Assembly: GCA_965203445.1 (NCBI GenBank)
Contig: OZ241883.1
Coordinates: 1,856,001-1,920,000, forward strand
Reading direction: 5' to 3'
DNA length: 64,000 bases
Source: Candidatus Oxydemutator sp.
GTDB lineage: Bacteria; Pseudomonadota; Gammaproteobacteria; Poriferisulfidales; Oxydemutatoraceae
Shown here: piece by piece, positions 9,218 through 17,478 of the stretch
How positions within the stretch are numbered: position 1 is the stretch's first letter
Layout: the number at the start of each line of letters is the position of its first letter
The notes under the pieces: model-generated
Seen by the model: only the letters and a program-made list of their open reading frames with translations
Database searches by the model: none
What the model was told of the DNA's origin: nothing
Translations under genes and position numbers: made by a program

Positions 9218-10741
9218 ATGGGAAGCCCCGTTGCAGAAAAAGTCGCGGCCGCGGCGGCCGCGAGCGCCACTAGAAAAAAGATCGTCGGGTTCCTGGCGGC
9301 CGTTGTTTTTGTCGTCGTCGCGGTCGTCGCCGCGGCCTACTTTATCTGGTCGCCGCCCGAGACCCGCGTTGCGACGCCCGCGCACGTCGTCGGCGGCGCG
9401 GACACGGGCGCCGGCGAGGGTGCGGGCGCCGGCGGGGGTGTGGGCGCCGGCGGGGGTGCGGGCGCCGACGGGGGTGCGAGCGCCGGCGGAGTCGGCGCCG
9501 ACGAAGATGCCGACGCGCTGAGGCGGGAGTTCAAAAGGCTGCTCAAATCGTTTCAGTCGGAGCTGGAGCCGGCCTTGCGGCGGGTATCCGTCGCCGCGTG
9601 GGACGCCGCCGCCCACGACGATATATTTTCGCGCAAAGAAAAAGCGTTGCGCGCCTTTGGCGCGGGCAATTATTCGTCCGCCGTCCACCTGCTGCAAGGC
9701 GCCTCGGAGGTCGCCGCCGAGATCCTGCGCTTGGCCGAGCGGAGTTTTCGTTCGAGCATCGAGGCCGCGGCACGCGCCCTGCATGCGAACGACGTCGCCG
9801 TCGCGCGCGCGAGCATAGCGCGGGCGTTGTTGATAAAGCCGGACGCGGCGGAGGCTTTGGCCCTGCGGGCGCGCATAGCGGTTCTGCCCGAAGTATTGCG
9901 GCTGCTGGAAGCGGCCGATGCGGCGCGTATCGAGAACGATGACGCGCTGCATCGGGCGCGGCTTCAGGAAATCGTGCGCCTGGACGCGGCGCGCGAGGAC
10001 CTCAAGGAGCGGCTGCGCGTATTGTCCGAGAGGATGATCGAGCGCGAGTTCACGGGCTACGTCGCCGCCGGCGTGGACGCCGTCGCCAAACGCGACCTGG
10101 CGGCCGCGACGCGGTCTTTGCGGCGCGCGCAGGAGATCCATCCGGCGCGCGAGGAAGTCGCGTTGTTGGAGCGCGACGTGCGGCGACTTGCGCGCCGGGT
10201 CGCGCTCCAAGAGCATCTGCGCGCGGCCGCCGCGGCCGTGGCCGACGACGACTGGGCGCGGGCGCATCGGCGTTTCCGCGAAGCGGTCGCGGTCGACGCC
10301 ACCGCGGACGCGGTCGACGGCGAGAAACTTGCCGCGCGCGTCATCGCCGCGCACGAGGAGATCGCCTCCTATCTGGCGCGCCCGCGCCGGCTGTCCTCGC
10401 CAAACGTCGCGGCCGTGGCCGAGACCGCGCTGCGCGCGACCCGCGATCTGCATCGGGCAAGCCCGTCGCTGGCGCGCCAAGCCGGTATGCTTGAACGGTT
10501 GGTCGCCGATTACGCCACGCCGGTGCCGGTGCTCGTGCGCTCCGACAACCGCACCGAAATCCTCGTGCGCGGCGTCGGCAGAATCGGCAAGATCGGCGAG
10601 AAAGTCGTCGACCTGAGGCCGGGCGCCTACACTTTCGAGGGCAAGCGCCAGGGCTACAGGTCGAAGCTGATCCGCATCGAGGTGGCGCCTCGCCAGCGGC
10701 CGCCGGAAGTGACGCTGATTTGCGATGAGCGCCTGCGATGA
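9218..10741 (+). CDS. Single-TM protein with Gly-Ala repeat, long helical (TPR-like) body and C-terminal PEGA-like beta domain
   Basis: TM IVGFLAAVVFVVVAVVAAAYFIW; Ala/Arg-rich helices; C-terminal VDLRPGAYTFEGKRQGYR. Confidence 0.75.
   Translation: MGSPVAEKVAAAAAASATRKKIVGFLAAVVFVVVAVVAAAYFIWSPPETRVATPAHVVGGADTGAGEGAGAGGGVGAGGGAGADGGASAGGVGADEDADALRREFKRLLKSFQSELEPALRRVSVAAWDAAAHDDIFSRKEKALRAFGAGNYSSAVHLLQGASEVAAEILRLAERSFRSSIEAAARALHANDVAVARASIARALLIKPDAAEALALRARIAVLPEVLRLLEAADAARIENDDALHRARLQEIVRLDAAREDLKERLRVLSERMIEREFTGYVAAGVDAVAKRDLAAATRSLRRAQEIHPAREEVALLERDVRRLARRVALQEHLRAAAAAVADDDWARAHRRFREAVAVDATADAVDGEKLAARVIAAHEEIASYLARPRRLSSPNVAAVAETALRATRDLHRASPSLARQAGMLERLVADYATPVPVLVRSDNRTEILVRGVGRIGKIGEKVVDLRPGAYTFEGKRQGYRSKLIRIEVAPRQRPPEVTLICDERLR
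9407..9493 (+). repeat. 18-bp tandem repeat x4.5 (ggcgccggcgggggtgyg) encoding GAGxGA
   Basis: Units start at 9407, 9425, 9443, 9461, 9479. Confidence 0.85.
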
Positions 10742-12762
10742 ACACATTTGACGCGCGCTTGCGCTCGGCGCGCGCGCGCCAGCGTCGCGTGTTTGCGTTC
10801 GTCGTTCTCGGCGCGGTCGCGGCCGTGGTTCTGGTGGTGGCGTTCTGGGCTTCGACCCAGGGCGTATCGCTGATCGTAACACCGCGCGCGGCCGCCGATA
10901 CACTCGAGTTGCGAACCCTGCAGGGGTTCGGGTTCACCGCCGCGACCAGCGTCTACGCCTTCGGCGACGTGGTTGTCGAGGCGCGGGCACCGGGCTTTGT
11001 CACCGAGCGGATCGCGGTCGCATCGGGCAAGCAGAGCACGTTTCTTGAGGTCGCGATGCGCGAGGCGCCGGCATCGTTGCAGGTAACGACCGTGCCTGAG
11101 GCCGACGACACCGGTTGGTTTTTGAACGGCGCGCCGGTCGCGACGTCGCGCAGCCTGTCGTTGGAGACCGCGGCCGGCACGCATACCATAGTCATTAACC
11201 ATCTTTATTATCAGAAAGCCGCGCTTGAGGTTTTCGTCGGTCGCGGCCAACGCTTTCGCCGGGAAGTGCGGTTGGCGCCGTTGCGCGGCGAGATCCGAAT
11301 CCGCACGACGCCGCCGGGTGCAATGGTCTCGATGGACGGTGCGATCCGCGGCGCCGCTCCCGGCGTCTATCCGACGGCCGGCGGGCGCCGCACCGTTCGC
11401 GTCACCCATCCGGGTTATGAGGAGGTGCGCGACACCATAAATATCACCAACGCGGCCGCCGTCGTCGTAAGAAACTACCGGTTGCGGCCGCAGGGCGCGT
11501 TCGTGCGTTTTCGGTTGCACCCGCCGGGCGGGCGGCTGACGTTGGACGGCAAGCGCGTGGACGCCGCCGGGCGCGTGCGGGTGGACTCGATGCGCGAACA
11601 CGTGGCGTCTTATTTCAAGCCGGGCTGGCTGGCGCAAACCGAGACCTTCACGCTGCCGCCGTCGGGCGAGCGCGAAGTGCATCTTTCGCTGCGCGAGGAA
11701 ATCGGCGTCGTCGAGGTCGTGTCGAGACCGCCGGCCACGGTGTCGGTCAACGGCGAGAGCGCCGGCGTCACGCCGCTGACCCTGCGCTTGCGCGCCGTCA
11801 TGCACGAGATCACCGTCGCCAGAGAGGGCTACCGCAGTGTTACGCGCAAGTTGACCCCCGCCTCCGGCGCCGCCAGGAAGGTGGACGTGACGCTCGTCGA
11901 GGAGGCGTCGGCGAGATTGGCGGAAAGTCCCGCCGTGTACAAGAACAGCATCGGCATGACGCTGCGTTTATTCCGGCGCCCGGGAGTCTTCGAGATGGGG
12001 GCGCCGCGTCATGAACGAGGCCAGCGCGCCAACGAGTTCCGAAGAAAGGTGCGGCTTGAAAAGGCGTTTTACGCGGCGACGCACGAGACGACCGCGGCGC
12101 AATACGCACGATACAAGGGCGGCGGCGGCGCGCCGTCGGGGTCGCCGGGCGTGCCCGCGACCGGCGTCACGTGGCTTCAGGCGGCGGCTTTTTGCAACTG
12201 GTTGAGCGCCCGGGAGGGACTGCGGCCTTTTTATCGGTTGCAGCACGGCCGTTATCTCGGCGCCGACGTGCGCGCCGACGGCTACCGTCTGCTCACCGAG
12301 GCCGAGTGGGAATGGCTCGCGCGCAAGGCCGGGCGCGCACGCCAGACCCGCTTTACCTGGGGCGACGCCGACGCGGTGCCGGCGGCGGCGGGCAATCTGG
12401 CGGATCGCTCGGCCAAGGGGAAGCTCCAGTCCTACATTCCAAACTATAGCGACGGCTACGACGGCCTCGCGCCGGTGGCGAGCTTCGCCGCCGATCGGTC
12501 GGGACTGTACGACCTGTCGGGGAACGTCAGCGAGTGGGTACACGACGTATATTCGTTGGCACCGCCCGCGCCCGGCGTCGAAGTGGATCCGGTCGGCCGC
12601 GCCGTCGGCCAGGCCCACGTGTTCAAGGGCTCCAACTGGCGTTCCGCCACGATTACCGAGTTGCGGGCGTCTTTTCGGGAGACCGCCGCCGCCGGACGCG
12701 ACGATTTGGGTTTTCGTGTGGCAAGATATTTGTACGGAGGAGAAAACACCGATGATCAATAA
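10738..12762 (+). CDS. TM + multiple PEGA domains + FGE/SUMF1-fold domain protein
   Basis: PEGA repeats (TTPPGAMVSMDG, SRPPATVSVNGESAGVTPL); FGE-fold motifs FEMG, YRLLTEAEWEWLAR, GLYDLSGNVSEW, LGFRVAR; ATGA overlap with upstream gene. Confidence 0.88.
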   Translation: MNTFDARLRSARARQRRVFAFVVLGAVAAVVLVVAFWASTQGVSLIVTPRAAADTLELRTLQGFGFTAATSVYAFGDVVVEARAPGFVTERIAVASGKQSTFLEVAMREAPASLQVTTVPEADDTGWFLNGAPVATSRSLSLETAAGTHTIVINHLYYQKAALEVFVGRGQRFRREVRLAPLRGEIRIRTTPPGAMVSMDGAIRGAAPGVYPTAGGRRTVRVTHPGYEEVRDTINITNAAAVVVRNYRLRPQGAFVRFRLHPPGGRLTLDGKRVDAAGRVRVDSMREHVASYFKPGWLAQTETFTLPPSGEREVHLSLREEIGVVEVVSRPPATVSVNGESAGVTPLTLRLRAVMHEITVAREGYRSVTRKLTPASGAARKVDVTLVEEASARLAESPAVYKNSIGMTLRLFRRPGVFEMGAPRHERGQRANEFRRKVRLEKAFYAATHETTAAQYARYKGGGGAPSGSPGVPATGVTWLQAAAFCNWLSAREGLRPFYRLQHGRYLGADVRADGYRLLTEAEWEWLARKAGRARQTRFTWGDADAVPAAAGNLADRSAKGKLQSYIPNYSDGYDGLAPVASFAADRSGLYDLSGNVSEWVHDVYSLAPPAPGVEVDPVGRAVGQAHVFKGSNWRSATITELRASFRETAAAGRDDLGFRVARYLYGGENTDDQ

Positions 12763-12892
12763 CGGGATTTTTTACGCGGCGTTGGCGCTCATCGTGATCG
12801 TCGCGCTGGCTTATCTGGCGGGGGACATTGCCGCCCGCGGCGCGCCGACGGTGGGCTTGAACTCGCCGACCACGTTTCCGGTGGACATCTGA
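12752..12892 (+). CDS. 46-aa single-TM microprotein (MINNGIFYAALALIVIVALAYLAGDIAARGAPTVGLNSPTTFPVDI)
   Basis: Translated by hand; GGAGG at 12736-12740; fills the gap between the flanking genes (11-nt overlap upstream, 1-nt gap downstream). Confidence 0.65.
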   Translation: MINNGIFYAALALIVIVALAYLAGDIAARGAPTVGLNSPTTFPVDI

Positions 12893-12893
12893 C

Positions 12894-13661
12894 GTGCGCC
12901 TGGATCACCGCGGCATCTGGGTCAACGTGCTGATCCTGATCGCCGTGTTCGTCGTCGTGCATCTTGTGTACCTCGGGCTGATTCGCCCGCAGGCCGAGTT
13001 GGCGCTGGAAGCCGCGCGCCAGGCCGGACAGTCGGCGCCCCGGGATCTGTTCGTGATTTTGAAGGACCTGGAGCAGGAGATCTGCATCGTGCTGATGATT
13101 TACGGTCTCTATCTGATGTCGGTCAAGTACGCGAGCCTGGTGTCGCGGCGTTATCTGTTCACGGTGGATCTGCTGCAAGACGCCGGCGCCGACGAAGGTA
13201 GCCTGGGCAACGTGCTCGAGGAACTGGAGAAGCTGCCGCGACACGTCGGCGAGACGCCGCTGGTCGAGACCCTGAAGGCCAGCTTGCGGCGCTACCTGAT
13301 AACCCGCGACGTGCAGAATACCTCGGACGCGATCAGCGCCAGCGTCGAGGCGCAGGGGGTGCGTCTCGAGGCCGAAAATTCGACCATCCGCTACCTGATC
13401 TGGGCGATCCCCTCGATTGGTTTCATCGGCACCGTGCGCGGCATCGGACAGGCGTTGTCGCAGGCCGAGAAGGCCCTGGCCGGGGACATTGCGACGATGA
13501 CCGACAGCCTGGGCGTGGCCTTCAATTCGACCCTCGTGGCGCTGCTGATCAGCATTTTCCTGATGTTCTTCCTGCACCAGTTGCAACGCGCCCAGGACGG
13601 CTTGCTGGTCGAGACCCAGGCCTACTGCGAGAAGTTTCTGCTCAATCGCATCAGCAGCTAG
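12894..13661 (+). CDS. MotA/TolQ/ExbB proton channel family protein
   Basis: WAIPSIGFIGTVRGIGQAL and SLGVAFNSTLVAL TM hairpin with the conserved Pro/Gly/Thr residues. Confidence 0.9.
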   Translation: MRLDHRGIWVNVLILIAVFVVVHLVYLGLIRPQAELALEAARQAGQSAPRDLFVILKDLEQEICIVLMIYGLYLMSVKYASLVSRRYLFTVDLLQDAGADEGSLGNVLEELEKLPRHVGETPLVETLKASLRRYLITRDVQNTSDAISASVEAQGVRLEAENSTIRYLIWAIPSIGFIGTVRGIGQALSQAEKALAGDIATMTDSLGVAFNSTLVALLISIFLMFFLHQLQRAQDGLLVETQAYCEKFLLNRISS

Positions 13662-13669
13662 GTGCGGTC

Positions 13670-14731
13670 GTGCGCAGACGCCGAAAAACCGAGGGCTTCA
13701 ACCTCGCCTTTTTGGACATCATGTCCTGCGGCCTGGGTGCGGTCATACTTATTTTTCTGATAGTCAAGCACAACGTGGACAAGGGTTCGGTCGAGGCCGA
13801 CGTCACGTTGTCGGAACTGGCAGCGATGGAGCAACGGGAGCGGCAACTGCAAAAGGAGGTCGAGACCGCGAGGCGGGACAACGCCGAGGAGCGTAGGCGC
13901 GGCGCCGAACTGGCGAAAAAACTGCATGCGATACGCGCCGCGACGGCCGCGCTCGAGCGCCAGGCGGCGGCGCAGCAGCGCAGCAACGAGCACCTGCAAG
14001 ACGCGGTCGACGAGGCCGCGGCGCGGCGCGCCGCCGACGTGGTGGCGGATGAGGACGCGGGCGAAGAGGAGTATCTGATAGGGCTTGCGGTCGAGGGCGA
14101 GCGCGTCGCAATTTTGCTCGACCGCAGCGCCTCGATGACCGACGAGAAACTGGTGGACGTCATCGTGCGCAAGACGCGCGACGCCGCGCGCAAGCGCGCC
14201 GGCCCGAAGTGGCGCCGCGCCCAAAAGACCGTGCGTTGGTTGCTGAACCGCCTGCCGCGCCAAAGCCGCGTGTCGCTGATCGCGTTCAACGACAAGGCCG
14301 AGGTTTTCGGCGACGCCACGTGGAACGACGCCCGTGACGCGACCGCCGTCGGCTCGCTGTTCGCCGACGTCGCCAAACTGACGCCCACCGGCGCGACCAA
14401 CCTGCAAGCCGGGCTCGAGCGCTTGCGCAAGCTGCGCCCGCGCGCGACCGACGTTTATCTGATAACCGACGGCTTGCCGACCGAGGCCGTATCCAAACCC
14501 TCGCGCCTCGGCAAGTGCGGTTCCTTGTTCGGCAAGAGCAACAACGTCTCCGGCGCCTGCCGCGAGCTGCTGTTCCAGGAAACCCTGCGCGAGTCGGCGC
14601 CGAACGGCGGCGAGGAAGTCAACGTGATCTTGTTTCCATTGGAGGGGGATCCGGCGGCGGCCACCCATTTCTGGAAATGGGCCGCCGCCACTGGCGGTAT
14701 GGTGATGACGCCCGCGGCGGGGTGGCCGTGA
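13670..14731 (+). CDS. ExbD/MotB-like TM anchor + coiled coil + vWA domain protein 1
   Basis: FNLAFLDIMSCGLGAVILIFLI TM with Asp; MIDAS DRSAS..GATN..ITDG. Confidence 0.85.
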   Translation: MRRRRKTEGFNLAFLDIMSCGLGAVILIFLIVKHNVDKGSVEADVTLSELAAMEQRERQLQKEVETARRDNAEERRRGAELAKKLHAIRAATAALERQAAAQQRSNEHLQDAVDEAAARRAADVVADEDAGEEEYLIGLAVEGERVAILLDRSASMTDEKLVDVIVRKTRDAARKRAGPKWRRAQKTVRWLLNRLPRQSRVSLIAFNDKAEVFGDATWNDARDATAVGSLFADVAKLTPTGATNLQAGLERLRKLRPRATDVYLITDGLPTEAVSKPSRLGKCGSLFGKSNNVSGACRELLFQETLRESAPNGGEEVNVILFPLEGDPAAATHFWKWAAATGGMVMTPAAGWP

Positions 14732-14741
14732 GGGGGCGGTC

Positions 14742-15683
14742 GTGAAGCGGCGCGAAAGGAGCGGCGATATTTTCAGCATGTCGCTGTTGGACGTCGTCTC
14801 GTGCGGTTTCGGCGCGATGATCCTGTTGTTGCTGATAACCAAATCGGGTTTCACCGAAGCCGACGTCAACGTTGACCTGAGCGCGTTGCTTGACCGCACT
14901 TTTCAAACCGAGGACAGTATTCGAAGGTTGTCCGAGGAACTCGACGGGTTGCGACGCGAACTTGCCGAGAACCGGCGCGCCAACCAGGACGCGCTCGCTA
15001 GGCAAGACGCGCGACGACGCGAACTCGAACGCAAACGAGCCGCGGGCGCAAGCCTCAGGCGCGAAGGCCAGGGTCTGGAGAACGTGCGGCGCACTTTGCA
15101 GCGCGCCTCGATCTCGCGCGCCACCACCGACGAACGCGATACCGAGGTCGGCGGCATACCGGTGGACAGCGACCACGTCATTTTCATCATAGATACCTCG
15201 GGCAGCATGCAAAGCATCTGGGACAAGGTCACGCGGACGATAGAGAATATCCTGGACGTCCATCCCCAGGTGCGCGGCTTTCAGATACTCAACGACAACG
15301 GTTTCTATCTGGTCGGCGGCTACCGCGGAAAATGGATAGCGGACACGCCGAAAAGAAGGAAAAGCATACTGAACGCGGTGCGTTCCTGGGGCGCGCTCTC
15401 GAACAGCAGCCCGGTCGAGGGCCTCGAGGTCGCACTCAAGACGTATGCCGGCAAGCGCGACAAAATATCCATCTACATATTCGGCGACGACTTCGCCGGT
15501 TCGTCCTACGATACGGTCATTCGCACCATAGAGAAGCTGAACACCGACAAGATCAGCGGTGCGCCGATTGTCCGGGTTCACGCGGTCGGCTTTTCCTCGG
15601 GCGGCGTCCCCGAGCGCTTCGGCATCCTGATGCGCGAGGTAACCGGAAAAAACAACGGCGTGTTCCTGGCGTTGCCGCCGTGA
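14742..15683 (+). CDS. ExbD/MotB-like TM anchor + coiled coil + vWA domain protein 2
   Basis: FSMSLLDVVSCGFGAMILLLLI TM with Asp; MIDAS DTSGS..FGDD; VRVHAVGF. Confidence 0.85.
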   Translation: MKRRERSGDIFSMSLLDVVSCGFGAMILLLLITKSGFTEADVNVDLSALLDRTFQTEDSIRRLSEELDGLRRELAENRRANQDALARQDARRRELERKRAAGASLRREGQGLENVRRTLQRASISRATTDERDTEVGGIPVDSDHVIFIIDTSGSMQSIWDKVTRTIENILDVHPQVRGFQILNDNGFYLVGGYRGKWIADTPKRRKSILNAVRSWGALSNSSPVEGLEVALKTYAGKRDKISIYIFGDDFAGSSYDTVIRTIEKLNTDKISGAPIVRVHAVGFSSGGVPERFGILMREVTGKNNGVFLALPP

Positions 15684-15711
15684 GCGGCGCCTCGCGTTCG
15701 CCGGTCGCGTT

Positions 15712-16905
15712 TTACAGCGCGAAGCCGAGATTGAATATCGGCAGGTACATCGTCGCCACGATCCAGCCGACGGTGCCGGCTATCAGCAGAATCAGCAGGG
15801 GTTCGGTCAGCTGGATCACGCGCTCGGATGTAGCGGCGATGCGCTCGTCGTAGAACTCGGCGATCTGGCGCAGCGCCTCGTCGAGGCGTCCGCTGTTTTC
15901 GCCGATGCGTATCACGCGCCGAAAGAAACGGTCGAAAAAGCCGGCGCTGCGTACCGCCTCGGAGAATCCCGCGCCTTCCTCCAGGCGTGCCGAGACGCGC
16001 TCCAGCGCCTTGCTGAAAACCGGATCGGAGGTCGCGTCGCCCAGCCACTCGACGGCGGTGGCGAGGGGCACGCCGGCGTCGTAGGCCGGCGCGACGACGG
16101 TTGCGAAGAGGCGGCACAGATACGCTTTTTTCAAGGTTCCCGCGAACGGCAGCCACAACGTCGCGTACGCCAGCGCGTAGCGAAACCAGCGCGCGTTGCG
16201 ACGTAGCAACGCGAGACCCGCGCACAGCAGGGCGAGCAGCGCGCCGGCGTCGGCGCCGTGTTCGGAAAGAAGCGAGAACAAGCGCAGGGTCAGCTTCGTC
16301 GAGGCCGGCAGCTCGCCGCCGAAATCGGCGTAGAACGATTCGAATTGCGGCATCATTGTAAGCAGCAGCAGCGCCACGACGGCGCCCGACGCGACCAGCA
16401 CCGTGACCGGGTAGGTCGCGGCCCGTTTCAGCTTCTTATGGATCTTTTCATGTTTTTCCCGTTGCGACGCCAGTTCGAGTGCCAGTTCCGCGAGGCGCCC
16501 GCTGTCCTCGCCGGCTTGCAGGATGCGGAAGACGTAGCGGTGGCGCGGGTGCAGGTACGGTGCGATACTCCGCGCAAGGCCGCCGCCGGCCTCGACGTCC
16601 TGCCAGATCAGCGTCAGCGTCCGTTGCAGGCGCGGTTGCGCCTGGCGGCGCAGCAGGTCGAAGACGTCGCCCACGGGCAGCGTCGCGCGCAACAACGTCG
16701 CAAGTTGCCGCAACAGCGCCGTGACGTCGCGCCCGCCGAGGCGCCGCACGCGCCCGCCGGCTGAGATTTTTATCGGGATAACGTCTTGCGTTGCAAGGAA
16801 TTGCCTGAGTTCGTCCTTGTCGCGCGCGGCGCGCACTCCGCTTATGATCTCGCCCGAGGGCACGAGACCGCGCCACCGGAAGCATTTTTTGGCGTCCTCG
16901 GCCAA
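15712..16905 (-). CDS. pilC: Type IV pilus platform protein (T2SS-F family)
   Basis: LLRQLATLL, AGEDSGRL, ATYP, IGENSGRLDEAL, EPLLI, MYLPIF; TTG start. Confidence 0.9.
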   Translation of the reverse strand: MAEDAKKCFRWRGLVPSGEIISGVRAARDKDELRQFLATQDVIPIKISAGGRVRRLGGRDVTALLRQLATLLRATLPVGDVFDLLRRQAQPRLQRTLTLIWQDVEAGGGLARSIAPYLHPRHRYVFRILQAGEDSGRLAELALELASQREKHEKIHKKLKRAATYPVTVLVASGAVVALLLLTMMPQFESFYADFGGELPASTKLTLRLFSLLSEHGADAGALLALLCAGLALLRRNARWFRYALAYATLWLPFAGTLKKAYLCRLFATVVAPAYDAGVPLATAVEWLGDATSDPVFSKALERVSARLEEGAGFSEAVRSAGFFDRFFRRVIRIGENSGRLDEALRQIAEFYDERIAATSERVIQLTEPLLILLIAGTVGWIVATMYLPIFNLGFAL

Positions 16906-16908
16906 GGT

Positions 16909-17382
16909 TCAACGGCATTGCGCCGGCAGGTATTTCGAGTCGAGACGCTTGTCCTTGTCGTCGTCCGTGCCGCACTCCCATTTGAGAACGTCGGTGGCCG
17001 GGGCCGCTTTCAGCAGCAGCACCTTGCCGCCGGCCTCGCCGCCGATGGCCTGGTCGAGGGTGATCTTGAGGTTGCCGGCCGCGGCCGTTTTCTTTTGTTT
17101 GTTCGCCGCGATCCTTTCGTATTCGATGCCGGACACGTAGTCGCTGGTCACACTCGTGTCTATGCCGGCCTTGTCGGCGGTCTCCGGCAGCTGCCCCTCG
17201 CTGACGTAATATTCGCCGATCATGATTTTTATCGAGCTCGCCAGGTTCAGGGCCTCGGCGATTTTGGCGCGCACGGTATAATCCTGGTACGCCGGCAGCG
17301 CCAGCGACAGCAGGATGCCGACGATGGCGATGGCGATCATCAGCTCGATCAACGTGAAGCCCTTGAGACCGTTGTTTTTCAT
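16909..17382 (-). CDS. pilA: Type IVa major pilin
   Basis: Class III signal KG|FTLIELMI, ALPAYQDY, C-terminal Cys pair; GGAGG SD upstream. Confidence 0.93.
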   Translation of the reverse strand: MKNNGLKGFTLIELMIAIAIVGILLSLALPAYQDYTVRAKIAEALNLASSIKIMIGEYYVSEGQLPETADKAGIDTSVTSDYVSGIEYERIAANKQKKTAAAGNLKITLDQAIGGEAGGKVLLLKAAPATDVLKWECGTDDDKDKRLDSKYLPAQCR

Positions 17383-17478
17383 AATCGTTCCTCCCGCGTG
17401 GATAGTCGCCGGCAGGGTAGGCGCGCCCGCGCCCGCGTCGCGCCCGCGCGCCGACGAACGGCGTCAATTCGCCGATGA

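Noticed and set aside
7570-9493. Tandem repeats as a CRISPR array or a synthetic GGGGS linker
   Set aside because: No spacers and no cas genes; repeats are in-frame, degenerate and lie within native ORFs
12894-15683. Zorya anti-phage system or a standard Ton/Tol system
   Set aside because: No long ZorA cytoplasmic tail, OmpA-like ZorB domain or ZorC/D/E; no TonB/TolA/TolB/Pal; partners carry vWA domains
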